A stretch of DNA of 61,553 bases, counting the filler, from Sphacelaria rigidula (Eukaryota): the NCBI GenBank assembly GCA_964200075.2. It is 5 parts of 5 records of this genome, joined end to end, with 100 filler letters (N's around TTAATTAATTAA, not from the genome) between each part and the next. Parts side by side here need not be neighbours in the genome. Positions count along the whole stretch, not along the records: positions 49,325 to 61,553 come from CAXNAA020003984.1; 4 more parts are not named here. The stretch is one strand, 5' to 3'. The stretch's first letter is position 1; every line of letters starts with the position of its first letter. The notes under the pieces were generated by a model, which was given only the letters and a program-made list of their open reading frames with translations, had not been told where the DNA came from and did not search any database. Of the stretch, positions 50,456 through 61,112 are shown piece by piece. A program made the translations under genes and the position numbers.

Positions 50456-50520
50456 TGCTCCGTCTCGGAAGGGATGCGTGGTCAATGATCAAACGACTAA
50501 GGCAAGCAACAAATTAGTAC
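50456..50520 (+). mobile_element. 65-nt LINE-3'-end element with a 17-bp TSD
   Basis: TGCTCCGTCTCGGAAGGGATG...AAATTAGTAC lies between TCCTCCCCATGTTATAT (50439-50455) and GCCCCCCCGTGTTATAT (50521-50537). Confidence 0.85.
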
Positions 50521-51209
50521 GCCCCCCCGTGTTATATTTCACTTACCTTTCGCGAAGAACTATCGTTTTCGCGCGTGGCATGGCGTGCCGTGTATCACAA
50601 GCATTTTGTTGTACTGTATTTCGTATGGCGCGCCACAGTGCTCCCTCAGATGAGTTTCGTCCACAAATCTCCGTAGACATGCGTTCGTGTATGTAATGGG
50701 TAAAAACTGTGCTGTTATTTTTGGCGGACAGCGTACCAATAGCATGTCAAGAGGAGATGATGACGGCATTCCCAGGGTTGACAGATCTGGGGCATCAGTA
50801 TATGATGGAGAGGTTGTAATACTTGTTTTTCGAGGATCGTCGTCAGATGTAGGATGGTTTGTTACGTCCTCCCCCCAAGGAAAGAGGATCACCATATACT
50901 TCTCTGATCACACAAAGTTGAAATATATAATCTGTGATAGATCTGTCTCTTCTATCAACATTGGTCGATTCTAGGACAGTCAGGTAAATATGATGCACGA
51001 ATGAAACAAATACATTTACTGCCTCGATAACCCAAAATTATAATATATTTTCTGCGATCGATTTTTTTCGATCAACGTTTGCCGATCCTAGGACACTCGA
51101 GTAAAAGTGACATACTATATGAATATATATATATCGGAAAAGGTACATCTATGAATCGAGTACCGATCACTAGATTACGACCCTCCGCCATTAACCAGGG
51201 TGGGCGGAG

Positions 51210-53092
51210 TATGCTGGAGCGAGGAAAGAGGTGAAAAGGATGGTGGAAAAGAAATAGAAGGGAACATGGAAAGATGAAGTTAGCAAAATAAATAACGATT
51301 TCGTGGGGTGGATATAGGCAAGGATGAAAGGGATACCCGTCTAACAGGCAAGAGAAGCAGACAAGAGTATCACCTCACTTAGGGCACAGAACGGTGAAAT
51401 GGTTCATAGTTTAAAGGGGAAGACATAATTAATAGTACAGCACCACCGACTTTAAGAATGCCGACAACTAACAACGGGTTGATATGAAATTTGAGAAAGA
51501 AGTCAACTCGTGGGCAGAGGCAGATGTAGAGGCATCAAACGAGAAGATGATGGTTCGAAAGAAGGAGAGTTCACAAGAGACAAAGTGAAGGAGTGTGTAG
51601 CTACGCTAACCAACAGAAGGGCAGCAGGGGCAGACGAAATAGCCAATGAATCAGGTATGGGGAAGAGGGAACGATTGCCGTCATGGTTATTTTGTATAGT
51701 TTCATATGGGAAGACGAGTACACAGGCGAGAAGTGGAGAGAAGGAGTAGTAATGAAACTTTCAAGAAAGGAGGCAAGGCTGAACCAGGGAATGATGGAGG
51801 GATACGCTACTTAGCACCGTAGGGAAAGTATTCTGTGAGAGTTTGAACTATAGAATGGGAACGATGTTGGAGATGGAAGAACAATCGACGAGGGGTGGGC
51901 AGGTTTTAGACCAAACCGTAGCTACGTAGGCCGCGTGTGTAGGTGAGACTACTCAAGTTGAGGAAGACGGCGGGCTGACAACGTACTGCTTTTTTTGTAG
52001 ATATAACCGAAGGTCTATGACGGAGTATGGAGAAATGGGCCGTGGAAAAATATGTGGGAAAAGGGAATCAGAGGAAAGATATAAAAAAGGGCGAACAAGA
52101 TGACAAAATGTGCGCTTCTATACCAAAATCAAGTAGTTAAGAGTTTGCACGTTTCAAGCTCACGTCATCTCACAAGCGCGCAAAACTTCACGCCATTTTT
52201 AGGAGTTGGACCCTGAAACTTTGTATGGGTCATCACACTACTTTCGATAGATGAGATTCTTCATTCTTTAATTTTTTGCCGTTTTTCGGGGATCCGACGG
52301 GATCTAAGCCTCGTCGAAATCCCTGGGACCTCCGAAAAACGGCGGAAATAGTCAAAAAGCAAAGGACTCTTGGACTTCCAAAGTTGCGTAGTTACCCATA
52401 GCAAAGTTGTACGAAGTTTCAGGTTTCTGACTCCTCAAAACAGGGTGAAGTTTTGTAGATGAGTGTTTTTGGTTGATGCGTGCGAACCAGCCTATGGGAG
52501 AAAACCAAGACGAGAGATATCCGTGGGTGAATGTCGCGGGTACAAGGCAAGAGTAAGATACATGATGAAAATAAGGGAAAAATAAGCGCCAACACGGGAA
52601 GTGGACGAGGAAAAGCACCTGAAGATATATAGGGTATTGAAGGAGGACAATGGGGGTGAAAACATACTTGCACGGCCAAATGAAGTATGCGGAGAAGTCG
52701 AAAGTGCGATATTGGGTTGGGGACCTGAACCTGCCAGATAGAATTAGATGCACATATTTGCCTCTGTCGCAAAGAAACAGAGAGCAGAACTCGGGCAGAA
52801 TATGAAGCATACAAGAAGGAACGGGACGTGCTAGGGGGGGAAATGCGGGGCGTGAACGAAGGTGGCATGAAATCTTCTGTAAACGATGGCTATACTACGA
52901 GATGAATGATGGCCACGAATGGATAGCGTGATAAGGGTAAGAAATGTAGAGGTTTCTGTGTAGCGTGCGGAAAAAGCGCAGGTTTTTGCCCAAAGGTCGG
53001 AGGCGTCTCAATAAGGAGTTCAAAACGGTGCTGGGTCTCGCAAGGGGTGCGTGGTCAACGGCCACATGACTAGGGCAAACGGCAAATGAGTG
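51210..53092 (+). mobile_element. Decayed LINE (RTE/RTE-X-like RT, C-terminal Cys-rich region) whose 3' end is the 65-nt element
   Basis: EFTRDKVKECVATLTNRRAAGADEIANE, LLSTVGKVFC, GFRPNRS and YCFFVDI.KVYDGVWRNG. It ends ..GGTGCTGGGTCTCGCAAGGGGTGCGTGGTCAACGGCCACATGACTAGGGCAAACGGCAAATGAGTGC followed by GCCCCCGCCCC. A foldback insert (arms ~52180-52228 / 52410-52456) interrupts it. Confidence 0.82.
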
Positions 53093-53648
53093 CGCCCCCG
53101 CCCCTCTCCATGAACCCGTCCTTTTCACAGTCACTCAGGGTCTAGGTGTTGAAGGTGTTGGTGTTGGGACAGGATTACCACCTGTATTACACTCGTTCCA
53201 CAGTGTCGGTGGCAAAATATGATAGCAACAAGCTCTGAGAATTGCAGCCGGTGAACAGATGTACCCATTTTTATCTTCGGATACATGTGTTTTGCTACAT
53301 TATGACGCATGTAATGATCACAGCTTTCGCCTGGGCTGTACTTGTTAGACATGCGTCACAGCCCCCTCCTAGCATAGCTGCTATCGATTGGGGTCAACTA
53401 TGCCATTTGACACGCCCGTACAGTCTGAGTCATGCGAGCACATCGCCTATACTGTAAGCAAGTGAACGAGAGCACTACCTTGTCTGTCGTCGTTCCTTTG
53501 CTCAGCACGCGTCAAAAGGGAACACTTGCAGGCGCTGAAGAAAAAGGAAAAGCTAACCGTGGTCGCGTGAAGCCGATCCACGTCGTGTGACGTCGATGGC
53601 ACAGGCTCTCGTACAAAAAGTTTAAGCATTCCCCTCCTCCTCCCCCGA

Positions 53649-53713
53649 TGCTCCGTCTCGAAAGGGATGTATGATCAATGGTCAAACGACTAAGGCAAGC
53701 AACAAACTAGTAC
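53649..53713 (+). mobile_element. 65-nt LINE-3'-end element upstream of the PPR gene
   Basis: TGCTCCGTCTCGAAAGGGATG...AAACTAGTAC, flanked by CCCCTCCTCCTCCCCCGA and GCTCCCACCCCTCCCCCAA. Confidence 0.85.
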
Positions 53714-54090
53714 GCTCCCACCCCTCCCCCAAGTATGGGTCACGTGAGCGTATTGCTGTCCGGCAGTCGGGTGGACTGGTTGAGTGGTGGATTATTGTGC
53801 AACCAAGGAATTCAGGGTCAACGAGGTAACAAGGGGGAAAACAGGTCGGGCCTCAGGGTGACCGTGGAGTTTCAGTCGTATCTAGCGTGCTAGTTCGTGA
53901 ACCTATATCGCGTGTAGTACCGTGAAGCAGAGACTTTGCTAGCAACGGGTTTTTGATCGTTTTTTTGACGACTTGTGTTGTGTTGTGCCGTGAATTCACT
54001 GCCCTCCTCCTTTTGTGTAATTTTGTGCGGTGCCTGGTTTTGTCGTTTTTCGCCACCCTTCCTTAGATCGGGTTACATGCGCTGAGTACT

Positions 54091-57000
54091 ATGGTCATTT
54101 GCGGTGTCACGATCGCTGCAAACGCTTGCATGGCGATACCGCAATCATCGCGTGGGACGAGTAGGGCCTTTGCCGCTCGACTATCTCCAACTGGTGGATT
54201 TTACACTGGTTCCTCGACAAATGTCAGCCAAAGGCGAGCTCGCACAGACGTAGCGAGCAGTCACAAGGGAGATCAGGGTGGCGGTTGGCACGGCAGGCAG
54301 CGAGGAGGCGGGAGGGGACATGGACGACGGCCATTCGGCGATATTTCGAATGTTCGACACATCCAAAATTCCTATATGAATCGGTTGAAGCAGGCGAAGT
54401 TCCGACGAGATTGGAGAATGGGGAAGAAAATCTTGATGGAAGCTCTGGCTCGCCACGACGCACGGGCAGTTGTGAATGTGTTTATTTTCGGTGCCGCGCT
54501 TGGCGTTGCTGGAAAAAGTGGTGAATGGGAAGAAGCTGTAGAGTTATTGGATTATATGTGGACGGCAGGAAGGGTGCGTCCTGATAAGATGTGCTACGAC
54601 TCGGCAATTATGGCATGCGGGGCCAGTGGGCAAGGAGAGCAGGGTATCTTGCTTTTGAGGGAGATGCAAACGCAGGGCATCAATCCGGATGTTAAAACCT
54701 ACAACTTTGTCCTCACGGCGTGCGGGAACGGTGAGCAGTGGCAGCAGGCGGTGTCATTTTTGAGAGAGATGAAGTGGAATGGCATTGCCCCGGATGTAGT
54801 AACATACAACTCGGTCATCAAGGCATGTAAACCTGGCGGACAATGGGAGCAGGCTGTGTCTCTCTTGAGGGAAATGCAAGACGTGGGGCTAGCCCCGGAT
54901 GTAAGAACCTACAGCTCCGCCATCACAGCATGTGGAACCGGTGGACAGTGGGAGGAGGCTTTATCACTTTTGAGGGAGATGCAGAAAAAAAGTATAGCCC
55001 CTAACGTCAGAACGTACACTTCGGCCATAACGGCATGCGGGAAGGGTGGGCGATGGAAGGAAGCTGTGTCACTTCTGAGAGAGATGGAGGCGATGAATAT
55101 CACCCCGAATGTCATAACATACACCTCCGTCATCACAGCATGCGGGAAGGGGGATCAATGGGAGGAGGCTCTTTCCCTTTTGAGAGAGATGCGAACGTTG
55201 GATATTGTACCAAATGTCATAACCTACAGCTCGGCAATCACGGCATGCGGAAACAGCGGGCGATGGGAGGAGGCTTTGCTACTATTAAAAGAGGTGGAGA
55301 CCGTGGGTATTGCACCACATATAGGACCCTACACCGCGGCCATATCAGCATGCGGGAACAGTGGCCAATGGAGGCGAGCTGTGTCGCTTTTGAGAAAGAT
55401 GCCAATGATGGGCATCGCTACGGATGTCAGAACTTACAATACAGCCATCAAAGCATGCGGCGACGGTGGACAATGGGAGACGGCTGTGTCACTTCTAAGG
55501 GAGATGCAGGCGAATGGTATTGCCCCAGATGTAATTACCTACAACACGCTCATCAAGGTATGCGGAGACAGTGGACAGTGGGAGGAGGCTCTGTCACTTT
55601 TTCGGGAAATGGAAAAGGTGAGCCTGTTTCCACGTGTGAGAACTTACAACGCAGCCATCACGGCATGCGGAGACGGTGGGCAATGGAAGGAGGCTGTATT
55701 GCTTTTGCGGGAGATGCAAACAAAACGTGTTGCTCCGGATGTGATATCGTACAGCTCGACCATCAAGGCATGCGGGACCGGTGGACGCTGGGAAGAGGCG
55801 TTATCACTTTTGAGGGAGATGGAGGCGGTGGGTGTCGCCCCGAACCTGATTTCATACACCTCAGCCATTATGGCATGTGGGGACGGTGGGCAATGGAAAG
55901 AGGCGTTGGCACTGTTGAGGGAAACGCAGGAGAAGAACATTGCACCGAATGTCATAACCTACAGTTCGGCGATTACGGCATGCGGAAATAGTGGACGATG
56001 GGAGGAGGCTTTGTCATTGTTGAGAGAGATGGAGACAGTGGGTGTTACTCCGGATGTGGTACCCTACATCTCGACTATCATGGCATGCGGGAATGGTGGA
56101 CAGTGGAAGCGAGCTGTGTCACTTTTGAGAGAGATGCCGACGGTGGGCATTGCCACGGACGTCGTGACCTACAACACAGCCATTAAGGCATGCGGGGACA
56201 GTGGAAAATGGCAGGAGGCCTTATCTCTGCTGACGGAGATGCAGAGAAAGAATATCTTCCCAGATGTCATCACCTACAACACCGTCATTACAGCGTGTGG
56301 AGGTGGTGGGCAGAGGGAAGAGGCCTTATCACTCTTACGAGAGATGCCGAGGGTGGGGGTATCCCCAAATGTTGTGACTTTCAACGCAGCCATCACAGCC
56401 TGCGGGGAGGATGGACAATGGGAGCAAGCTTTATCACTTTTGCGTGAGATGCAAACGAACTGCATTGCTCCGGATGTAATTACCTTCAACGCTGTCATCA
56501 AGGCGTGCGGAGATGGTGGGCAATTGGACGAGGCCCTGTCACTTCTAAGGGAAATGCAGACAGTGGGTGTGGCCGCGAACGGAAGAACCTACAGCACGGC
56601 CATTACGGCCTGCGGGAGTTGTGGGCAATGGGAAAAGGCGTTGTCACTTTTGAGAGAGATGGAGGCGGTGGGTATCGCCCCGGATGTCATATCGTACAGC
56701 TCGGCCATCACAGCATGCGGGGATGGTGGGCAATTCGAGGAGGCAATGTTACTTTTTAGAGAGATGCAAGCGAAAAACGTCACACCGAATCTTATAACTT
56801 ACAGCTCGGCCATTAGTGCATGCGGGAACAGTGGGCAATGGGAGGAGGCATTGTCACTTTTGAAGGAGATGGAGGCGGTTAATATTGCCCCAAATGCGGT
56901 ACCCTACACTGCGGCCATTGCGTCGTGCGGGGACAGTGGGCAGTGGGAGCCGGCCATGTCACTCTTGAGAAAAATGCCGGCAGTGGGCATCGCCACGAAC

Positions 57001-57702
57001 GTGGTGACCTACAACGCGGCCATTAAGGCGTGCGGAGATGGTGGGCAATGGGAGCAGGCCGTATCACTTCTGAGGGAAATGCAGGCGAATGATATTCCCC
57101 CAGATGTGATAACCTATAACACGGTTATCAAGGCCTGCGGGGACGGGGGACAATGGGAGAAGGCTGTGTCACTTTTGAGAGAGATGCACACAGCAGGCGT
57201 TTCCCGGGATGCAAGAACCTATTCCGCGGCCATAACAGCATGCGGGGACGGCGGAGCATGGGAAGAGGCTGTGTCACTTTTTAGGGAAGTAGAGGCGGTA
57301 GGTATTTCCCCGGATGTGATAACGTACACCTCGGCTATCACGGCATGCGGGGACAGCGGGCAATGGGAGGAGGCGTTGTCACTACTGAGGGAAATGCAGA
57401 CAAACAATATAGCCCCGAATGTAGTTACCTTCAGCTCCGCCATTAGGGCATGCGGGAACGGTGGACAATGGGAGGAGGCATCATCACTCCTAAGGGAGAT
57501 GGAGTCAGTGGGTATCGTCCCGAATGCAAGAACGTACACGTCGGTCATCACGGCATACGGGGATGGTGGTCAATGGGAGAAGGCTTTGTCACTTTTGAGA
57601 GAAATGCAGACCGTGGATATCGCCCCAGACGTGAGGACGTACAACGCGGTTATCAAGGCATTTGTGGGGATTAGTAGGCGGAGCCACATCTGTCAATCTT
57701 GA
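54091..57702 (+). CDS. P-class pentatricopeptide repeat (PPR) protein, 1203 aa, 30 complete tandem repeats
   Basis: Consensus VxTYxxAIxACGxGGQWEEAxSLLREMxxxGIxP[DN] recurs with a strict 105-nt period from 54586 (repeat 1, 36 aa, starts at 54478). Repeat 31 begins at 57631 and is broken by a frameshift. A pyrimidine tract plus AG at 54066 lies in frame 24 nt upstream, so an upstream exon is possible. Confidence 0.96.
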   Translation: MVICGVTIAANACMAIPQSSRGTSRAFAARLSPTGGFYTGSSTNVSQRRARTDVASSHKGDQGGGWHGRQRGGGRGHGRRPFGDISNVRHIQNSYMNRLKQAKFRRDWRMGKKILMEALARHDARAVVNVFIFGAALGVAGKSGEWEEAVELLDYMWTAGRVRPDKMCYDSAIMACGASGQGEQGILLLREMQTQGINPDVKTYNFVLTACGNGEQWQQAVSFLREMKWNGIAPDVVTYNSVIKACKPGGQWEQAVSLLREMQDVGLAPDVRTYSSAITACGTGGQWEEALSLLREMQKKSIAPNVRTYTSAITACGKGGRWKEAVSLLREMEAMNITPNVITYTSVITACGKGDQWEEALSLLREMRTLDIVPNVITYSSAITACGNSGRWEEALLLLKEVETVGIAPHIGPYTAAISACGNSGQWRRAVSLLRKMPMMGIATDVRTYNTAIKACGDGGQWETAVSLLREMQANGIAPDVITYNTLIKVCGDSGQWEEALSLFREMEKVSLFPRVRTYNAAITACGDGGQWKEAVLLLREMQTKRVAPDVISYSSTIKACGTGGRWEEALSLLREMEAVGVAPNLISYTSAIMACGDGGQWKEALALLRETQEKNIAPNVITYSSAITACGNSGRWEEALSLLREMETVGVTPDVVPYISTIMACGNGGQWKRAVSLLREMPTVGIATDVVTYNTAIKACGDSGKWQEALSLLTEMQRKNIFPDVITYNTVITACGGGGQREEALSLLREMPRVGVSPNVVTFNAAITACGEDGQWEQALSLLREMQTNCIAPDVITFNAVIKACGDGGQLDEALSLLREMQTVGVAANGRTYSTAITACGSCGQWEKALSLLREMEAVGIAPDVISYSSAITACGDGGQFEEAMLLFREMQAKNVTPNLITYSSAISACGNSGQWEEALSLLKEMEAVNIAPNAVPYTAAIASCGDSGQWEPAMSLLRKMPAVGIATNVVTYNAAIKACGDGGQWEQAVSLLREMQANDIPPDVITYNTVIKACGDGGQWEKAVSLLREMHTAGVSRDARTYSAAITACGDGGAWEEAVSLFREVEAVGISPDVITYTSAITACGDSGQWEEALSLLREMQTNNIAPNVVTFSSAIRACGNGGQWEEASSLLREMESVGIVPNARTYTSVITAYGDGGQWEKALSLLREMQTVDIAPDVRTYNAVIKAFVGISRRSHICQS

Positions 57703-57912
57703 CGGAGATGCAGGCCGTGGACATTGCTCCCGATGTAGTAATGTAAAGCTAGGCCCTTACGGCATTCGGGGCTTCCAGATACTTCCAGCAAAGTAGTTGA
57801 GTGGCAGATACGATGGACATCGCCGAGTACGTGAGGGCGTACACTTCGGCCATTCAGGCATGATGCATAAATGGTGGGTATCGAGGGCAGGCTTTTTTCG
57901 CCCTTGAGATGA
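57660..57912 (+). pseudogene. Decayed additional PPR repeats downstream of the present stop
   Basis: The shifted frame from 57699 reads LTEMQAVDIAPDVVM*S*ALTAFG...MDIAEYVRAYTSAIQA*..GG..QA..LEM. Confidence 0.85.
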
Positions 57913-59875
57913 CATTATTTATATCGCCCTTCCACTTTGTAAAATAGCCTGTGATCTACACCATTGGGTCTGAAGACTAGATTCGCGTTGAAACCAACGT
58001 TTCTTCTTTTCTGAGGTGATCGAGGACGAGGGTTATTGCTTCGAATAAGATACCCTTCAACTGGTCCACGATAGCGGGGCGAAGTACCCATTCCCTGCAC
58101 AAGCAGCCATCAGCCATCTGCCCAAGAGATCTGGTGGTGTCGTACATGTTCGTCGGGAGGCAGCCCGGTGTGGTTTGCCGATCATTCCAATTTTCATAAG
58201 AAAAATGGTGTTGTCTTGGGCTTTTTCTCGGGTCACATTGTTTTTTTGCGACAGAAAATCTGTGACAGAAATTTTTCGCATTATCCAAAACTTTGGTTCC
58301 AACGCAGTCGTATGTCGATGAGTCAACTCATGATTCTCTTCGCGCTGGTGGTGTATGTCTACAAATCTCCACGCACTCGTACTGTAAATTGCACAGTAAC
58401 GCGGTGTAGCGTACGGAGTATCGCTGCGCAGCAGGTTAGTTGCCAACTGTCGCTACGAGTATACCTGCGTTTCTCTGTATGGGTCGGCCGACACATGTGT
58501 GCACAGGGTACAGGGTATACAACAGGACAATCAGTAGACCTCTCACTACAAGCCTGTTACTTTTACGTTCGATGGTGCTGCAGATATGTCTACTAGCTAG
58601 CAGTCAAAAACAACAGGATCATCAGTTCCAATTTTCAAATTGGTTGTTGTCTCGAGCCATTTCAGATTCGGCGTTGGATTTCTGTGACAAAAAGCGGTCT
58701 CATTTTTTTCAGAGTATATTCTCAGAACCGATCAGAACTTGAAAAAAAAAAACAGAACTTTTCAAAAAACTGCCCAAAACGTCACCCCTTTATATGGAGT
58801 ACAGAGTACTACACTGAACACGTCACAGCAATTCTGCAGTGTTTTTTAGAACCTGAGCACGGACTGTATACAGTATGCATCAGCTGCTTTCTCGTTGCAA
58901 AATTATTAGTGTCCAGCTGCTGCTGCTGTACTACTTCGGAAGCACACGCCCTCGAGGTGCCACCCCACGTTTACCGTCATTGCGAACATAACAAGACAAG
59001 AACACGAACTGCAGCAGTCGTGGCCGCCACACATCGTTACTGCAGTGAAACGTGTGCCTGAACCGATACCACCACACTTTTGGCGTTTCTTTTTGTCGGC
59101 GAAAACTTGGGCATCTAATTTTGTGGCAGGGCCCGCCGACTGAGCTGCATGTTGGGGTGTGCAATCGAGTGCATACGCGCTCATGGACAGAAGAGGCGGT
59201 GCAAAGCTGCTCGTGGTTCAAATCTGCTTCGCTGCTGGTATCATTTTCAGTTGCATTTACAGAGGGATATTTCTCAGATGAAAGAGAAGGTCCGCAGTCC
59301 TACGGCAGGTCACGCCGGGCGACTTCTGCGCTGGAACGGTTTTCACTAATCAGCACTATGTATTTCACGAACTCGCCCTCCGCCACTCGGGGATAAAGGA
59401 TACTCGTTTTTGAATCGCGAAGCCCGCTGAGCATGCTCTCTATGTGTGTAGCTGTGTTCATGTCAACTATGTGCGTGTTGTTCACCTCCCCGCTGAGCAT
59501 CACACATGCACGTCTATGCGCGGGCGGGTTTGTACACGAGGCGCTCTCAAATTCAAAACCTTGGCTCTCGAATTGCTCGTATATAACCGTCGCAGATTGG
59601 AAAAACGTGGGCTCCCGAATTAAACAAAACGACGCAGGATCGGTCATAGTAACGGGTGGGGGTAAATTAGTGTTTCCACCGTTTGCGGTGGATATTCTTT
59701 TTGCCTGCGCAAACACCGTAGGGCGATGTGATGTACCAGGGATGTGTGTGCTGGATGATACCTTATTACACAGCATTTTGAGTACGAGTACAACAGTACG
59801 TATCAATTGTTTCCCCCTGTATGCTTCTTCTTTGTTTTTGACTAAACTTGCATTTCCAATGACGAACGGTTAAGT

Positions 59876-60483
59876 CAAGGGTCTGTTGAGAGACTTCTGT
59901 CGGACACGGAGCCCCCCCCCCCTGAAGGGACCATATTTCGAAAATTGTCGTGGTTTTTGACTTATTTTGTTTGTGGTTTGTTTTTGATTTTGTTGAAATT
60001 GTTGAAAGAAATTGATCAATGGACACCAGCAATAACTGGAACGTCTGGCGAGCGTTGCGAGGTTCGTATATTTGCTTCTGCTCCTTGGCCGCCCTGTCCC
60101 CATGACCTCGGATGCTGGCAATGCTCACACACATGTACAATACACAAGCGCACGTTAGCGACAGCGTGTAGCCAAAGTAGCAACATTATCTCACGCCTCG
60201 CCAAATTTGCCCGGACTACTAGTGGTAGATAGTCGAGGCACACGACACGAAACATGATCCCATAAATGTAATCATGGTATGTGATGAGCTTGGAGGGGCG
60301 GTGTGCCCGTCATCTCAGCGGTCTCCATGCGAAGGATCTCTGTACCCGGCAGCTGATCACATCTGCTAACGCCTCGGTATTCAAATAGGGGACAGCAGGC
60401 TGGGTGTCCCCCCCCTCAAAAACTCGAACTTTTTTTCATCTTGGGGCCTACGTGTCCCGAAATATATTCTTGACAGACCCTTG
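59876..60483. mobile_element. 608-bp MITE with CAAGGG termini and a 7-bp TSD (P-element-like)
   Basis: GTTAAGT|CAAGGGTCTGTTGAGA ... TCTTGACAGACCCTTG|GTTGAGT. The TIR matches 14 of 16 bases and the TSD 6 of 7. Confidence 0.7.
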
Positions 60484-61112
60484 GTTGAGTAATAAAAAAA
60501 ATGGAAGTTTCTCCCCTTTTTTTGATAACTTGATCGTTTGTTATTGAAAATGAAGTTTCGGCCAAGAACGTAACTTTTACCTACGGAAAACGCAAAGGTG
60601 CTCTAGAACGATCTCAGCGAGTAAAGCAAGTCATTTCAAGGTGTCTACATCCGCTGAGCCCTCTATTCGGGGCAAAAACGACGAAAGAGGATAAAAAAGC
60701 ACTTTTCAACAAGTGATATTTTTCGATACATGAGAAGTAGCCTAACAAAGGAAAAAGAAAAAACAAATTGGAAGCGCGATGCACAGCAGAGCAATCTGTG
60801 ACATACAACTGTTCTTCAGATAGTGCAGGGCACACAAGACATGAGTGGATTTGCGTACACACACACACACACGCTCGCGCGCGCGCGCGAACAGGGATGA
60901 TATGTTTCTCTATCGTGAGCGATTGAGGGATGAGGATGGGCCGCGCCTCACCAAATAGGCCCTCTCTCATACTCGGCAGGTTCAATGAGCAGTAAATAAT
61001 GTGCATGCCTGAAAGTGCGGAGTAATCATCTGAGGTCCCTCCGCGCACGGTGCAGCAGCATCGTGGCCAGCCCGTCTTCGTTTGTTTTTATGGGAGAAAG
61101 GCGTCATATCAC

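Noticed and set aside
54909-57674. Overlapping ORFs on the PPR gene (e.g. 55035-55991 plus and several minus-strand ORFs)
   Set aside because: These are shadow frames created by the 105-nt periodic coding sequence.
192-57702. A functional cluster linking the membrane protein, redoxin and PPR genes
   Set aside because: The genes lie on different, artificially joined contigs.
59300-59873. Overlapping 168-aa and 146-aa ORFs on opposite strands
   Set aside because: No recognisable motif and no consistent splice chain; left unannotated.
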